Positions 17,018-24,656 of a stretch of DNA of 24,656 bases are shown here, piece after piece. Location of the stretch: assembly GCA_964607255.1 (NCBI GenBank), contig CAZSJV010000002.1:1-24656 (forward strand), read 5' to 3'. Source of the DNA: Candidatus Woesearchaeota archaeon (lineage in GTDB: Archaea; Nanobdellota; Nanobdellia; SCGC-AAA011-G17; GW2011-AR20). The notes under the pieces are model-generated. The model ran no database searches and was not told where the DNA came from. It saw only the letters and a program-made list of their open reading frames with translations. The stretch's first letter is position 1; every line of letters begins with the position of its first letter. The position numbers were made by a program, and so were the translations under genes.

Positions 17018-17836
17018 ATGATTGTAAAAGAGGATTTTTTAAACAAATTACGTCAATATTTTGGCTTAAATCTATATGAGGCTAAGATATGGACTGCTTT
17101 ACTTTCTCGTGGTGTTTCTACAGCTGGTGAGTTAGCCGATATTGGTAATGTTCCAAGGTCAAGGGCATACGACATCCTTGAATCATTAGAAAAAAAAGGA
17201 TTTGTAATGATGAAGTTGGGAAAACCAATAAAATACATTGCAGTAGATCCGAAAGAAGTTGTTATCCGCGTACAAAGGTTGATGAGAGATAATGCAGAAG
17301 AACAAGTAAAAAGATTAGATGATTTACGTGGAACAGATTTACATAAGGAACTTGAATTATTACACAAACAAGGCATTGAATTTGTAGAACCAACCGATTT
17401 ATCTGGAGCTATAAGAGGAAGGCATAATATTTATTCCCACATGGATTTAATGATAAGAAACGCTGATAAAAGTGTTACATTGATGACCAGTGCAAAGGGC
17501 TTAGTAAGAAAAGCAGAAGCACTTAAACCCGTATTTGAAAAACTAAAAAGAAAGGGTGTCAAGATTAGAATAGCTGCCCCAATTACTAAGGAAAATATGC
17601 AGGTTGCAAAAGAGTTAAGCAAAGTAGCAGAAGTAAAACACGTTGATAAGATTGGATCCAGATTTTGCGTTGTTGACGGAAAAGATTTAACCTTTATGTT
17701 AATGCATGATGATAATGTGCATCCAAGTTACGACGTTGGAGTTTGGGTAAATACACCTTATTTTGCTACAGCATTAGAAAACATGTTCAATTTAGCGTGG
17801 CAGGATATGAAACCAATGAACTCTGTTAAATCTTAA
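17018..17836 (+). CDS. TrmB-family DNA-binding protein
   Basis: GLNLYEAKIW...TAGELA...VPRSRAYDILESLEKKGF wHTH plus a C-terminal effector/PLD-like domain; own TATA box and GGAGGG RBS. Confidence 0.9.
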   Translation: MIVKEDFLNKLRQYFGLNLYEAKIWTALLSRGVSTAGELADIGNVPRSRAYDILESLEKKGFVMMKLGKPIKYIAVDPKEVVIRVQRLMRDNAEEQVKRLDDLRGTDLHKELELLHKQGIEFVEPTDLSGAIRGRHNIYSHMDLMIRNADKSVTLMTSAKGLVRKAEALKPVFEKLKRKGVKIRIAAPITKENMQVAKELSKVAEVKHVDKIGSRFCVVDGKDLTFMLMHDDNVHPSYDVGVWVNTPYFATALENMFNLAWQDMKPMNSVKS

Positions 17837-17843
17837 AGGGAAA

Positions 17844-18038
17844 ATGGCAGGAACATACACGATATCGGCAGAAGAATTTAGTAATACAATTCTAAGAGCT
17901 CATTATCTAAATCCATGCGGTATGAATGACGGGGGTTTTAATTATGTCCCTATCAACGGGGAAACATTTCAAAGATTAAAGAAAAGCTCTGCGTTTACAG
18001 AATCTGAACTAAGGGGTTTAGAATCTAGGGTAAACTAA
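17844..18038 (+). CDS. Small hypothetical protein (64 aa)
   Basis: ATG after AAAGGG 7 nt past the TrmB stop; followed by a T-tract. Confidence 0.5.
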   Translation: MAGTYTISAEEFSNTILRAHYLNPCGMNDGGFNYVPINGETFQRLKKSSAFTESELRGLESRVN

Positions 18039-18048
18039 TTTTCTTTTT

Positions 18049-18657
18049 TTATCTTCTAAATTTGTTTACCCAGTCATTAAACTTAAAATAAATTACTAAA
18101 CTGGCGATTAATGTTCCAAATGATCCAAATATCTGATCTAACATTGAATCATAGTTTGCATCCTGGAAATAATCAAAGAACATTTTCGTTCCAAATATCT
18201 GGTCGTTATAATACTGGAATTTTTCCCATAAGATAACCCCAAATATCATACTAAATATAAAAGCAAACACCACAACTTCTTTTTTGGAAATTTCTTTTTT
18301 AGTTATCCTGTTTTTAACAACGTAATAAAGTATTCCAAATAAAATTGTATAAAGAATTGCATTAATTAAATGATAATAAGAATCTATATCAATGTTAAGA
18401 TATTTAAAACCCAATGGCAGACTAGCTCCTGTAAATAATAATATTAATATAACATTTTCAATTGTATAGAGAAGTCTTTTATTATATCTCTGGTTTACCC
18501 AAGATAGTTTATATAAATTTCTTGGGAGCAGCATCATTAACGGGGTAAAAATTATCCATATAAAAGCAAGATAATATTCTTTTTGGATTAATTTTATTAT
18601 CCCGATTATTAATATAGCAAGTATAGCCAGATTATAAGTTATCCTCAATAATCTCAT
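18049..18657 (-). CDS. Multi-pass membrane protein (VanZ/DUF2238-like motifs)
   Basis: About six hydrophobic segments; D-x-x-x-H, LWE and D-x-x-x-D-x-x-x-G pattern. Confidence 0.55.
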   Translation of the reverse strand: MRLLRITYNLAILAILIIGIIKLIQKEYYLAFIWIIFTPLMMLLPRNLYKLSWVNQRYNKRLLYTIENVILILLFTGASLPLGFKYLNIDIDSYYHLINAILYTILFGILYYVVKNRITKKEISKKEVVVFAFIFSMIFGVILWEKFQYYNDQIFGTKMFFDYFQDANYDSMLDQIFGSFGTLIASLVIYFKFNDWVNKFRR

Positions 18658-18708
18658 GATATTAATTAAACAATCACTTTTATAAATCTTATTTTAGACT
18701 AGAAAATT

Positions 18709-19626
18709 ATGAAAAAGGTAGAGCATATTAATATTAGCAAGGAAATGAAAGTTAATGAGTTAATTCTGGCAATGAAAAGATCGGGAGTAATGCAGGCTGG
18801 AAAATTAGCCTTAGCTGTAGACATCTTAGAAGAAGCAATCAAAGATAAGGAATGTAAGGTATTTTTTGGATTAGCCGGAGCAATGGTACCTGCGGGAATG
18901 AAAAATATTATCCTTGATTTAATTGAAAATAAATGGGTAAATGTCATGGTAACAACGGGGGCAAATTTAACGCATGATTTAGGAGAAAGTTTAGGATATT
19001 CACACTACCAAGGACATGAAAGAATGGACGATAATAAGCTAAAAAAAGCAGGTTATAACAGAGTATATAATAGTTTAATGCCAAATCAGATCTATATCGG
19101 CTTAGAAAAATTCATAAAGAAAAATTTTGAGGAACTAAGCAAGGCAAAAAATATAAGGGAATTTTTAAATATACTTGGAAAACTGGCTCCTGAAAATACA
19201 ATTGTTAACGCTTGCTATAGAAATAATGTTCCTTTATTCTGTCCTGCATTAGCTGATTCTGGTATTGGTTTAATGATATGGGGCCAAATAGCTCAGGGAA
19301 AAACAACAAATGTAAATGCATTTGATGATATGAAGGAAATGTTGGATATTGCATGGACAACAAAAAAACCAGCTGTATTTTATATTGGGGGAGGAGTTCC
19401 TAAAAATTATATACAACAGGCAATGCAATTATCTCCGAGAAATGCTTTATATGGAGTTCAGATTACAACAGACAATGAACAATATGGTGGAAGTTCCGGA
19501 GCAAAATTAAAAGAGGGCATTAGCTGGAATAAAATGAATGAGAAAGCAAAGTTTGTAGACGTTCATGTTGATGCTACTGTTGCTTTGCCGTTAATTACTG
19601 CTGCGTTAAAAGATAGGTTTAAATAG
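18709..19626 (+). CDS. dys: Deoxyhypusine synthase
   Basis: GLAGAMVPAG, TTGANLTHD, PALADSGIG, GGGVPKN, GGSSGA...EGISWNK (catalytic Lys), DATVALP. Confidence 0.95.
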   Translation: MKKVEHINISKEMKVNELILAMKRSGVMQAGKLALAVDILEEAIKDKECKVFFGLAGAMVPAGMKNIILDLIENKWVNVMVTTGANLTHDLGESLGYSHYQGHERMDDNKLKKAGYNRVYNSLMPNQIYIGLEKFIKKNFEELSKAKNIREFLNILGKLAPENTIVNACYRNNVPLFCPALADSGIGLMIWGQIAQGKTTNVNAFDDMKEMLDIAWTTKKPAVFYIGGGVPKNYIQQAMQLSPRNALYGVQITTDNEQYGGSSGAKLKEGISWNKMNEKAKFVDVHVDATVALPLITAALKDRFK

Positions 19627-19659
19627 TTTTACGGTATTTTACGCTAAAGGTGTCCTAAC

Positions 19660-19770
19660 ATGAAAAAAGGTAAGGATAAAAAGGGAAAAAAAGAATACTA
19701 CGATAAAAAAGAGTATTACGAAAAAGACGAAGAAGAGGAAGAAGACGAAGTTTCAGAAGACGAGTGGTGA
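19660..19770 (+). CDS. 36-aa charge-bipolar small protein (not in ORF track)
   Basis: MKKGKDKKGKKEYYDKKEYYEKDEEEEEDEVSEDEW*; AAAGGTG RBS; the stop abuts the stop of the convergent primase gene. Confidence 0.6.
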   Translation: MKKGKDKKGKKEYYDKKEYYEKDEEEEEDEVSEDEW

Positions 19771-20520
19771 TTATTTAAGAAATCTTGGAGTAAATCTCTT
19801 TTCATCGATATTAAATTTATTTATTTCTTTTATTTTTAAGGGCGTTACGATTCTTGAGGATAATGGGTTAAGTGAGTATGGCAATCTAATCAAACGAACT
19901 CTGCCATAACTAACCCAGGGATCAATATAATATTTCTTGAATTTATTATTTAATTTTTTTCTTTCATTTAAAGATAATTTGTAAGCTTTTTGATCTAGAA
20001 CGTGAACGTGGCACCCTCTTCCTGAAAAAACAAGTTCTACGTTCTTAAATTGTTTTTTTAATTCCTTGTAAATTTTATATGCATTTCCAACAGCCAGTTT
20101 ACTGCACACTTTACAGAATTTAGGAAAGAATTTATTTCCGCAGTTAGGACAATTAATATTTTCGGGATCAACATCAAACGCTAATTCCTGTCCAAGGTAG
20201 TTTTTTGAATTTGGAGCATTTCTGAAATTAAAATTTTTTAGGCATTTCCATGGATCTTTGTAAACATTTCTATCGTAATAAACATCCTCTGGCAGATATT
20301 TTATTAATTTCTGTTTTAACTGCTTTAAATTTATATTTGGTTTAAAGAAGATTAATTTTCTTAATTTAGACTTGTCTTTTATTATCTTAGTTTCACTTCC
20401 TTCATCTATAACAAAAAATTGAGGTTTGTAAGGAAGTTTTTTTAACCAAGAAGCGACTTTTTTTATATTAAATTCTTTTTCATAGAATTCTTTTCTATCT
20501 TTTAATAAAGCCTTACGCAT
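19771..20520 (-). CDS. priS: Compact archaeo-eukaryotic primase catalytic subunit (PriS-like)
   Basis: ELAFDVD (DxD), CPNC...CKVC Zn site, FSGRGCHVH, IDPWV...RLIRLPYSLN. Confidence 0.85.
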   Translation of the reverse strand: MRKALLKDRKEFYEKEFNIKKVASWLKKLPYKPQFFVIDEGSETKIIKDKSKLRKLIFFKPNINLKQLKQKLIKYLPEDVYYDRNVYKDPWKCLKNFNFRNAPNSKNYLGQELAFDVDPENINCPNCGNKFFPKFCKVCSKLAVGNAYKIYKELKKQFKNVELVFSGRGCHVHVLDQKAYKLSLNERKKLNNKFKKYYIDPWVSYGRVRLIRLPYSLNPLSSRIVTPLKIKEINKFNIDEKRFTPRFLK

Positions 20521-20559
20521 TAAAAATAATTAGGAAAGGGAGTTTAAATTAATTATGGT

Positions 20560-23500
20560 TTAACTCGGGCAACCGCCACCAACTTGTTCTCCACAATTAC
20601 TGCAGTGTGTACAACCACCTTTTACTATAACAGTATTACCACAGCTAGGACAAGGTTCACCATTACTTCTTATTTTTGAACTTGTTTTATACTCAACTTG
20701 TTGTCCGTTTAATTCCACTTTATTTTCTTCCTTCTCTACTTCTATCATGAAGTCTATTGGACTTTGCATTACCTTATCAATTTTCTTTATTTGCTCTAAA
20801 TAGTTTTCAAACCTTAATCTTTCTCTATTTTTATTTACTCTTAATTTATCCGGATTTTTTATTCTATTTCGAATAAATTCTTCACCAGTAGCCTCTATAT
20901 ATTCATCAATACCCATATACTCTAAGCCGACTACGCTTAAAACAAGATGCGGAATTGAATTAAACCCATTCATATAAGGATAATTACTTACACCACTTGG
21001 TTCAAATTTCGCTTTTCTATGTTTTGTGACTAATTTTTTTAATGGAACACCATATTTAAGTTCTGTCGATAATGCAACTGTCCAATTACCAAGCATTCCT
21101 TGCATTGTAGAACCTTGATCAAACATTTGTACCCTAACTTCCCCAAGAGTTCCGTCTTCATATTCTCCACAAATTATATGCATCTGATGTTCAATCTGTT
21201 TTTCATCAAAAATCTTTAATTCAATAGTATAAGCTTCCCTCATCTGGGGCAATTCTCTTTTCTCTCCTCTTGCAATTTTAGATTCTAGATTTGATTCGCC
21301 TACACTTAATGGTTGAGAAAGTTTTGTATTATCACGATAAACTGCTATCGCCTTCAAACCAAGTTTCCATGATTCCATATAAATATCATAAAAATCTTTT
21401 GCCGTCCAGTCTTCGGGAGTATTAACCGTCTTTGAAATGGCTCCAGAAATAAATGGTTGTATTGCAGCCATCATTCTAACGTGTCCCATTGGAGAAATGG
21501 CACGTACGCCATTTGCTGGTTTAAACGCACAATCGAAAACGGGTAAATCTTTTTCGTTTAGTCCAGGTGCTCCTTCAATAGTATCTGTTTTTTCAATATA
21601 ATCTATAATTCTTCTACTTTCATCTTTATTATACCCTAATTTTGAAAGAGAAATTGGAACGGTGTTATTAACTAATTTTAACATTCCTGCTCTGTTTACT
21701 AGTTGTTTATATTTTACTAAAGCGATGTCAGGTTCTACTCCCGTTGTATCGCAATCCATCATGAATCCAATTGTACCTGTTGGAGCAAGAACCGTTGCTT
21801 GTGAATTTCTCGCGCCATTTTGCTCTATTAAAGCACGAGCCTCAGCCCAAGTTTTATCAGCATTAATAATTAATTCCTCTAAATTCATTTTAGAATCTTG
21901 CTTTGGAATTTTTTTTACATGATCATGATGTTGTTTCATTACTCTTGTAAATGGTTCTTTATTCTTCTCAAAACCAGGAAAGGCTCCAACTCTAGAGGCG
22001 ATTCTTGAAGATTGTACATAAGCTTCTCCGGTCATAATTGCAGTAATTGCAGCTGCAACAGATCTTCCTTCCTCACTGTCATAAGGCATACCATTTGACA
22101 TTAAAAGTGCTCCAAGATTTGCATATCCTAATCCTAAAGGTCTGTAATCATGACTATTTCTTGCAATTGATGGTGTCGGATATCCGGCCCTATCAACATT
22201 TAGTTCTTGGGCCATAATCATTATACCAACATCATGCTTGAATTCTTTTATACTAAAAGTTCCATCATGGCTTCTTCTATACTTCATTAAGTTTAAAGAA
22301 GCTAGATTACAGGCAGTATCATCTAAAAACATGTATTCTGAACAAGGATTAGACGAGTTTATCGGTGCTGTATTGGGACAAGTATGCCAATAGTTTATTG
22401 TTGTATCAAATTGCATTCCTGGATCTCCTGAAGCCCAAGCAGCTTTTACCATTAAATCAAATAATGCTCGTGCTTTTTTGGATTCTCTTACATTGCCCGT
22501 TGTCCTTTCTATTAAATCCCATCTTCCATTTTCCATAACAGCTCTCATAAATTCATCTTTTACACGAACCGAATTATTAGAATTTTGTCCAGATAAATCT
22601 CTATACAAACCATCCATATCGGTATCAAAACCAAATGCAGCTAATGATCTAGCCTTTCTTTCACCATCGACTTTCCAGAGAATAAAATCTTCTATATCCG
22701 GGTGGTCTACATTTAATATGACCATCTTAGCTGCCCTTCTAGTTTTTCCACCAGACTTAACAGCATTTGCATTAGCATCTAAAATTCCTAAGAATGCGGG
22801 CAAACCACTACTTTCCCCACCCCCAGATAATTTTTCTCCCTTTCCTCTAACATTACTAAAATTAGTTCCATTTCCAGAGCCATATTTGAACAATTTAGCC
22901 TCTGTTAAAAGTAATTTGTAGATGCTATGATCATCAGGACTTCCATCTCCGAACATATAATCTCCAACAGAATTTATGAAACATGCTGAAAGTTGTGGAT
23001 ATGAATAAGAATCTTTACTTTGTTTTATTGTATTAGTTTCAGGATCCCAATAATATAATCCATCCTCAGTTTTCTCAACTATCCCATAATCATGGTATAA
23101 ACCTAAGTTGAACCATACGGGAGAATTAAATGCTGCCCTTTGAGATAATAAAATGTAAGTTAATTCATCTTCAAATGTATCTGCTTCCTCTTTTGAATTA
23201 AAATATTTTCTTTCTTCCCCATAATCTCTCAATGTATGAGAAACCCTATGAATTAAATGTTTAGCACTTTGTTCAGAACCTTCAGCATTTCCGCCGTATT
23301 CTTCTTTAACGTTTTTTCTTTTAAAATATCTAGAAGCAACTATCTTTGTGGCAGTATCCGACCAACCTTTTGGAACTTCGACATTTTCCTGTTTAAATTT
23401 TATATTTCCATATTTATCTTTAATTTCAGCTGTTCTTAATTCCCATTCAAACATAGAATAAACATCTTCTCCAGATTTAGTATAAAATCTTTCAAACAAT

Positions 23501-23583
23501 TTACTATGACCATTCCCAGAATAATTTTGTGCAATATTCTCTAAACTTGAAACAGAACTCCCTTTTGAAATTTCTACAACCAT
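20560..23583 (-). CDS. nrdJ: Class II (adenosylcobalamin-dependent) ribonucleotide reductase with C-terminal TSCPD and Zn-ribbon-like Cys cluster
   Basis: SACF, NPCSE, CNLASLNL, APTGTI, GLKAIAVYRD, KYGVPL...FEPSG, CPSCG...CTHCSNCG; no N-terminal ATP cone and no intein seen. Confidence 0.93.
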   Translation of the reverse strand: MVVEISKGSSVSSLENIAQNYSGNGHSKLFERFYTKSGEDVYSMFEWELRTAEIKDKYGNIKFKQENVEVPKGWSDTATKIVASRYFKRKNVKEEYGGNAEGSEQSAKHLIHRVSHTLRDYGEERKYFNSKEEADTFEDELTYILLSQRAAFNSPVWFNLGLYHDYGIVEKTEDGLYYWDPETNTIKQSKDSYSYPQLSACFINSVGDYMFGDGSPDDHSIYKLLLTEAKLFKYGSGNGTNFSNVRGKGEKLSGGGESSGLPAFLGILDANANAVKSGGKTRRAAKMVILNVDHPDIEDFILWKVDGERKARSLAAFGFDTDMDGLYRDLSGQNSNNSVRVKDEFMRAVMENGRWDLIERTTGNVRESKKARALFDLMVKAAWASGDPGMQFDTTINYWHTCPNTAPINSSNPCSEYMFLDDTACNLASLNLMKYRRSHDGTFSIKEFKHDVGIMIMAQELNVDRAGYPTPSIARNSHDYRPLGLGYANLGALLMSNGMPYDSEEGRSVAAAITAIMTGEAYVQSSRIASRVGAFPGFEKNKEPFTRVMKQHHDHVKKIPKQDSKMNLEELIINADKTWAEARALIEQNGARNSQATVLAPTGTIGFMMDCDTTGVEPDIALVKYKQLVNRAGMLKLVNNTVPISLSKLGYNKDESRRIIDYIEKTDTIEGAPGLNEKDLPVFDCAFKPANGVRAISPMGHVRMMAAIQPFISGAISKTVNTPEDWTAKDFYDIYMESWKLGLKAIAVYRDNTKLSQPLSVGESNLESKIARGEKRELPQMREAYTIELKIFDEKQIEHQMHIICGEYEDGTLGEVRVQMFDQGSTMQGMLGNWTVALSTELKYGVPLKKLVTKHRKAKFEPSGVSNYPYMNGFNSIPHLVLSVVGLEYMGIDEYIEATGEEFIRNRIKNPDKLRVNKNRERLRFENYLEQIKKIDKVMQSPIDFMIEVEKEENKVELNGQQVEYKTSSKIRSNGEPCPSCGNTVIVKGGCTHCSNCGEQVGGGCPS

Positions 23584-23586
23584 TAA

Positions 23587-23661
23587 TTATAACACCTTTC
23601 CTTTATTTTTCAAAGAATTAACGTAAAAAATTGAGCGTTTTGTCAATATTAAAATCATCAT
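23587..23661 (-). CDS. Candidate 24-aa small ORF between nrdR and nrdJ
   Basis: MMILILTKRSIFYVNSLKNKGKVL*; AAAGGTGAT RBS directly upstream; stop lies 3 nt before the nrdJ ATG. Confidence 0.3.
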   Translation of the reverse strand: MMILILTKRSIFYVNSLKNKGKVL

Positions 23662-23674
23662 ATCACCTTTCTAG

Positions 23675-23773
23675 TTATCTCTTCCTTACGTTTAGTAAAT
23701 CTAATTCTTCCCTTAAAAGCTTATACGCTTCTTGAAGCTCTTTGTAAGCCTCATTCAAGTTTTGTTTTTTCAT
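23675..23773 (-). CDS. Candidate 32-aa coiled-coil-like small ORF directly after nrdR
   Basis: MKKQNLNEAYKELQEAYKLLREELDLLNVRKR*; AGAGGTAAA RBS inside the nrdR 3' end; ATG 1 nt after the nrdR stop. Confidence 0.5.
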   Translation of the reverse strand: MKKQNLNEAYKELQEAYKLLREELDLLNVRKR

Positions 23774-23774
23774 T

Positions 23775-24230
23775 TTACCTCTTCTTTACTAAGTCTTTAA
23801 GTTCTTTTTCAAAATCTGTAACATCAGCAAAGCTCCTGTAAACTGAAGCGAATCTTATGTAAGCTATTTTATCAAGCTTTTTTAATTTTGAAGCCACTTT
23901 CTCTCCGATTACGCTGCTCGGAACTTCTTTTGACTTTAATTTGCGTAATTCAGCTTCAATTTTATTTGTTAGCTCATCAACCTGCTCATAACCTATTGGT
24001 CTTTTTTCACATGCCTTAAGTATCCCGCGTTTTAATTTTTCAATATCAAAGTTTTCTCTTCTTCCATCCTTCTTTACTATCACTAACCCAAGATCTTCAA
24101 CTCTTTCATAAGTTGTAAATCTTTTCTTGCATTTCAGACATTCTCTTCTTCTTCTAGTTACATCAACATTCTCTGTTTCTCTTTTATCTACTACTTTTGT
24201 GTCTGAATGAAAGCAAAACGGGCATTTCAT
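23775..24230 (-). CDS. nrdR: Transcriptional repressor NrdR
   Basis: MKCPFC...RRRRECLKCKKRFTTYE Zn ribbon plus ATP cone (VVKKDGRRE-like IVKKDGRRENFD) and AYIRFASVYRSF. Confidence 0.97.
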   Translation of the reverse strand: MKCPFCFHSDTKVVDKRETENVDVTRRRRECLKCKKRFTTYERVEDLGLVIVKKDGRRENFDIEKLKRGILKACEKRPIGYEQVDELTNKIEAELRKLKSKEVPSSVIGEKVASKLKKLDKIAYIRFASVYRSFADVTDFEKELKDLVKKR

Positions 24231-24253
24231 GTGGAATTACAACCTTCTGATGA

Positions 24254-24269
24254 ATACAATATATTGTGT
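24254..24269. promoter_or_regulatory. NrdR box 1
   Basis: ATACAATATATTGTGT matches the consensus acaCwAtATaTwGwgt with one mismatch. Confidence 0.85.
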
Positions 24270-24285
24270 ATCACTCACCTTATCA

Positions 24286-24301
24286 ACACAATAACTAGTA
24301 T
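24286..24301. promoter_or_regulatory. NrdR box 2 (degenerate)
   Basis: ACACAATAACTAGTAT, three mismatches to consensus, exactly 32 bp from box 1. Confidence 0.65.
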
Positions 24302-24431
24302 CTAGAACCAGAAGTAGTATTTAAGCATTTCCGTGATAAAATATATTATTTTAGAAAAAATATTTACAAATATCAATTATTAATAATCATGTTTACAAAA
24401 TATTTATAAGAGTTACATTTTTAGTATAATT

Positions 24432-24584
24432 ATGAAATGCGAACTATGTAAAGAGAAAATTGAAACAATTTTTTTGGAAAAATTAAAAGGAACTTATGTA
24501 AAAGTAAATAAAAAACTTTATACAATATGCAGAAATTGTCAAAAAAAATTTCCTGTTCAAGAGATAAAAGAAAAATTAAGTTAA
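24432..24584 (+). CDS. 50-aa zinc-finger-like small protein (not in ORF track)
   Basis: MKCELC...TICRNCQKK with two CxxC pairs; TTTATAAG box about 25 nt upstream. Confidence 0.75.
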   Translation: MKCELCKEKIETIFLEKLKGTYVKVNKKLYTICRNCQKKFPVQEIKEKLS

Positions 24585-24656
24585 GCCTTCGTAGCTCAGC
24601 GGTAGAGCAATGCTTTCGTAAAGCAAAGATCGCAGGTTCAAATCCTGCCGAAGGCT
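24585..24656 (+). tRNA. tRNA-Thr (anticodon CGT)
   Basis: Acceptor GCCTTCG/CGAAGGC, D arm GCTC/GAGC, anticodon loop TTCGTAA, T arm GCAGG-TTCAAAT-CCTGC, discriminator T; no intron. Confidence 0.93.

Noticed and set aside
21662-23439. Antisense ORFs within nrdJ, and similar short antisense or alternate-frame ORFs inside the ATPase, rnj, thrS, lig, TrmB and dys genes
   Set aside because: They lie fully within confidently assigned genes and show no protein-like motifs.
23584-23774. Cobalamin riboswitch upstream of nrdJ
   Set aside because: The region is AT-rich, lacks recognisable B12-box or GGGAA elements and is tiled by small ORFs.
11214-24656. Functional link between thrS and tRNA-Thr in the same window
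   Set aside because: They are about 12 kb apart on opposite strands with unrelated genes in between; likely coincidence.

Overview
AT-rich (roughly 30% GC by eye) archaeal chromosomal window. The gene set, GGTGA/GAGGT ribosome-binding sites, TATA-like promoters and KKAQ-AAMEFLMTYGWAIL pilins point to a DPANN archaeon, probably Woesearchaeota/Pacearchaeota-like (inference). The left third is a cell-surface region. It holds a 5'-truncated metzincin-like protease, a lipoprotein and two divergently transcribed Cys-rich secreted proteins with near-identical upstream regions. These are followed by a type IV pilus locus: wHTH protein, assembly ATPase, two TadC/T2SSF membrane proteins, three class III signal-peptide pilins and DUF192. 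Pilins 2 and 3 share a 100% identical 178-bp 5' block and a near-identical 3' end around a strongly diverged middle, and pilin 3 carries a six-Cys knottin-like insert. The rest is mostly housekeeping: RNase J, bacterial-type ThrRS, nitroreductase, ATP-dependent DNA ligase, TrmB-family protein, deoxyhypusine synthase and a compact PriS-type primase. It ends with a nrdR-(two small ORFs)-class II RNR cluster preceded by tandem NrdR boxes, a small Zn-finger ORF and tRNA-Thr(CGT) at the right edge. Several credible ORFs under 60 aa are absent from the supplied ORF track. No CRISPR array, transposase, integrase or intein was seen. All family assignments come from motif recognition, not database searches.
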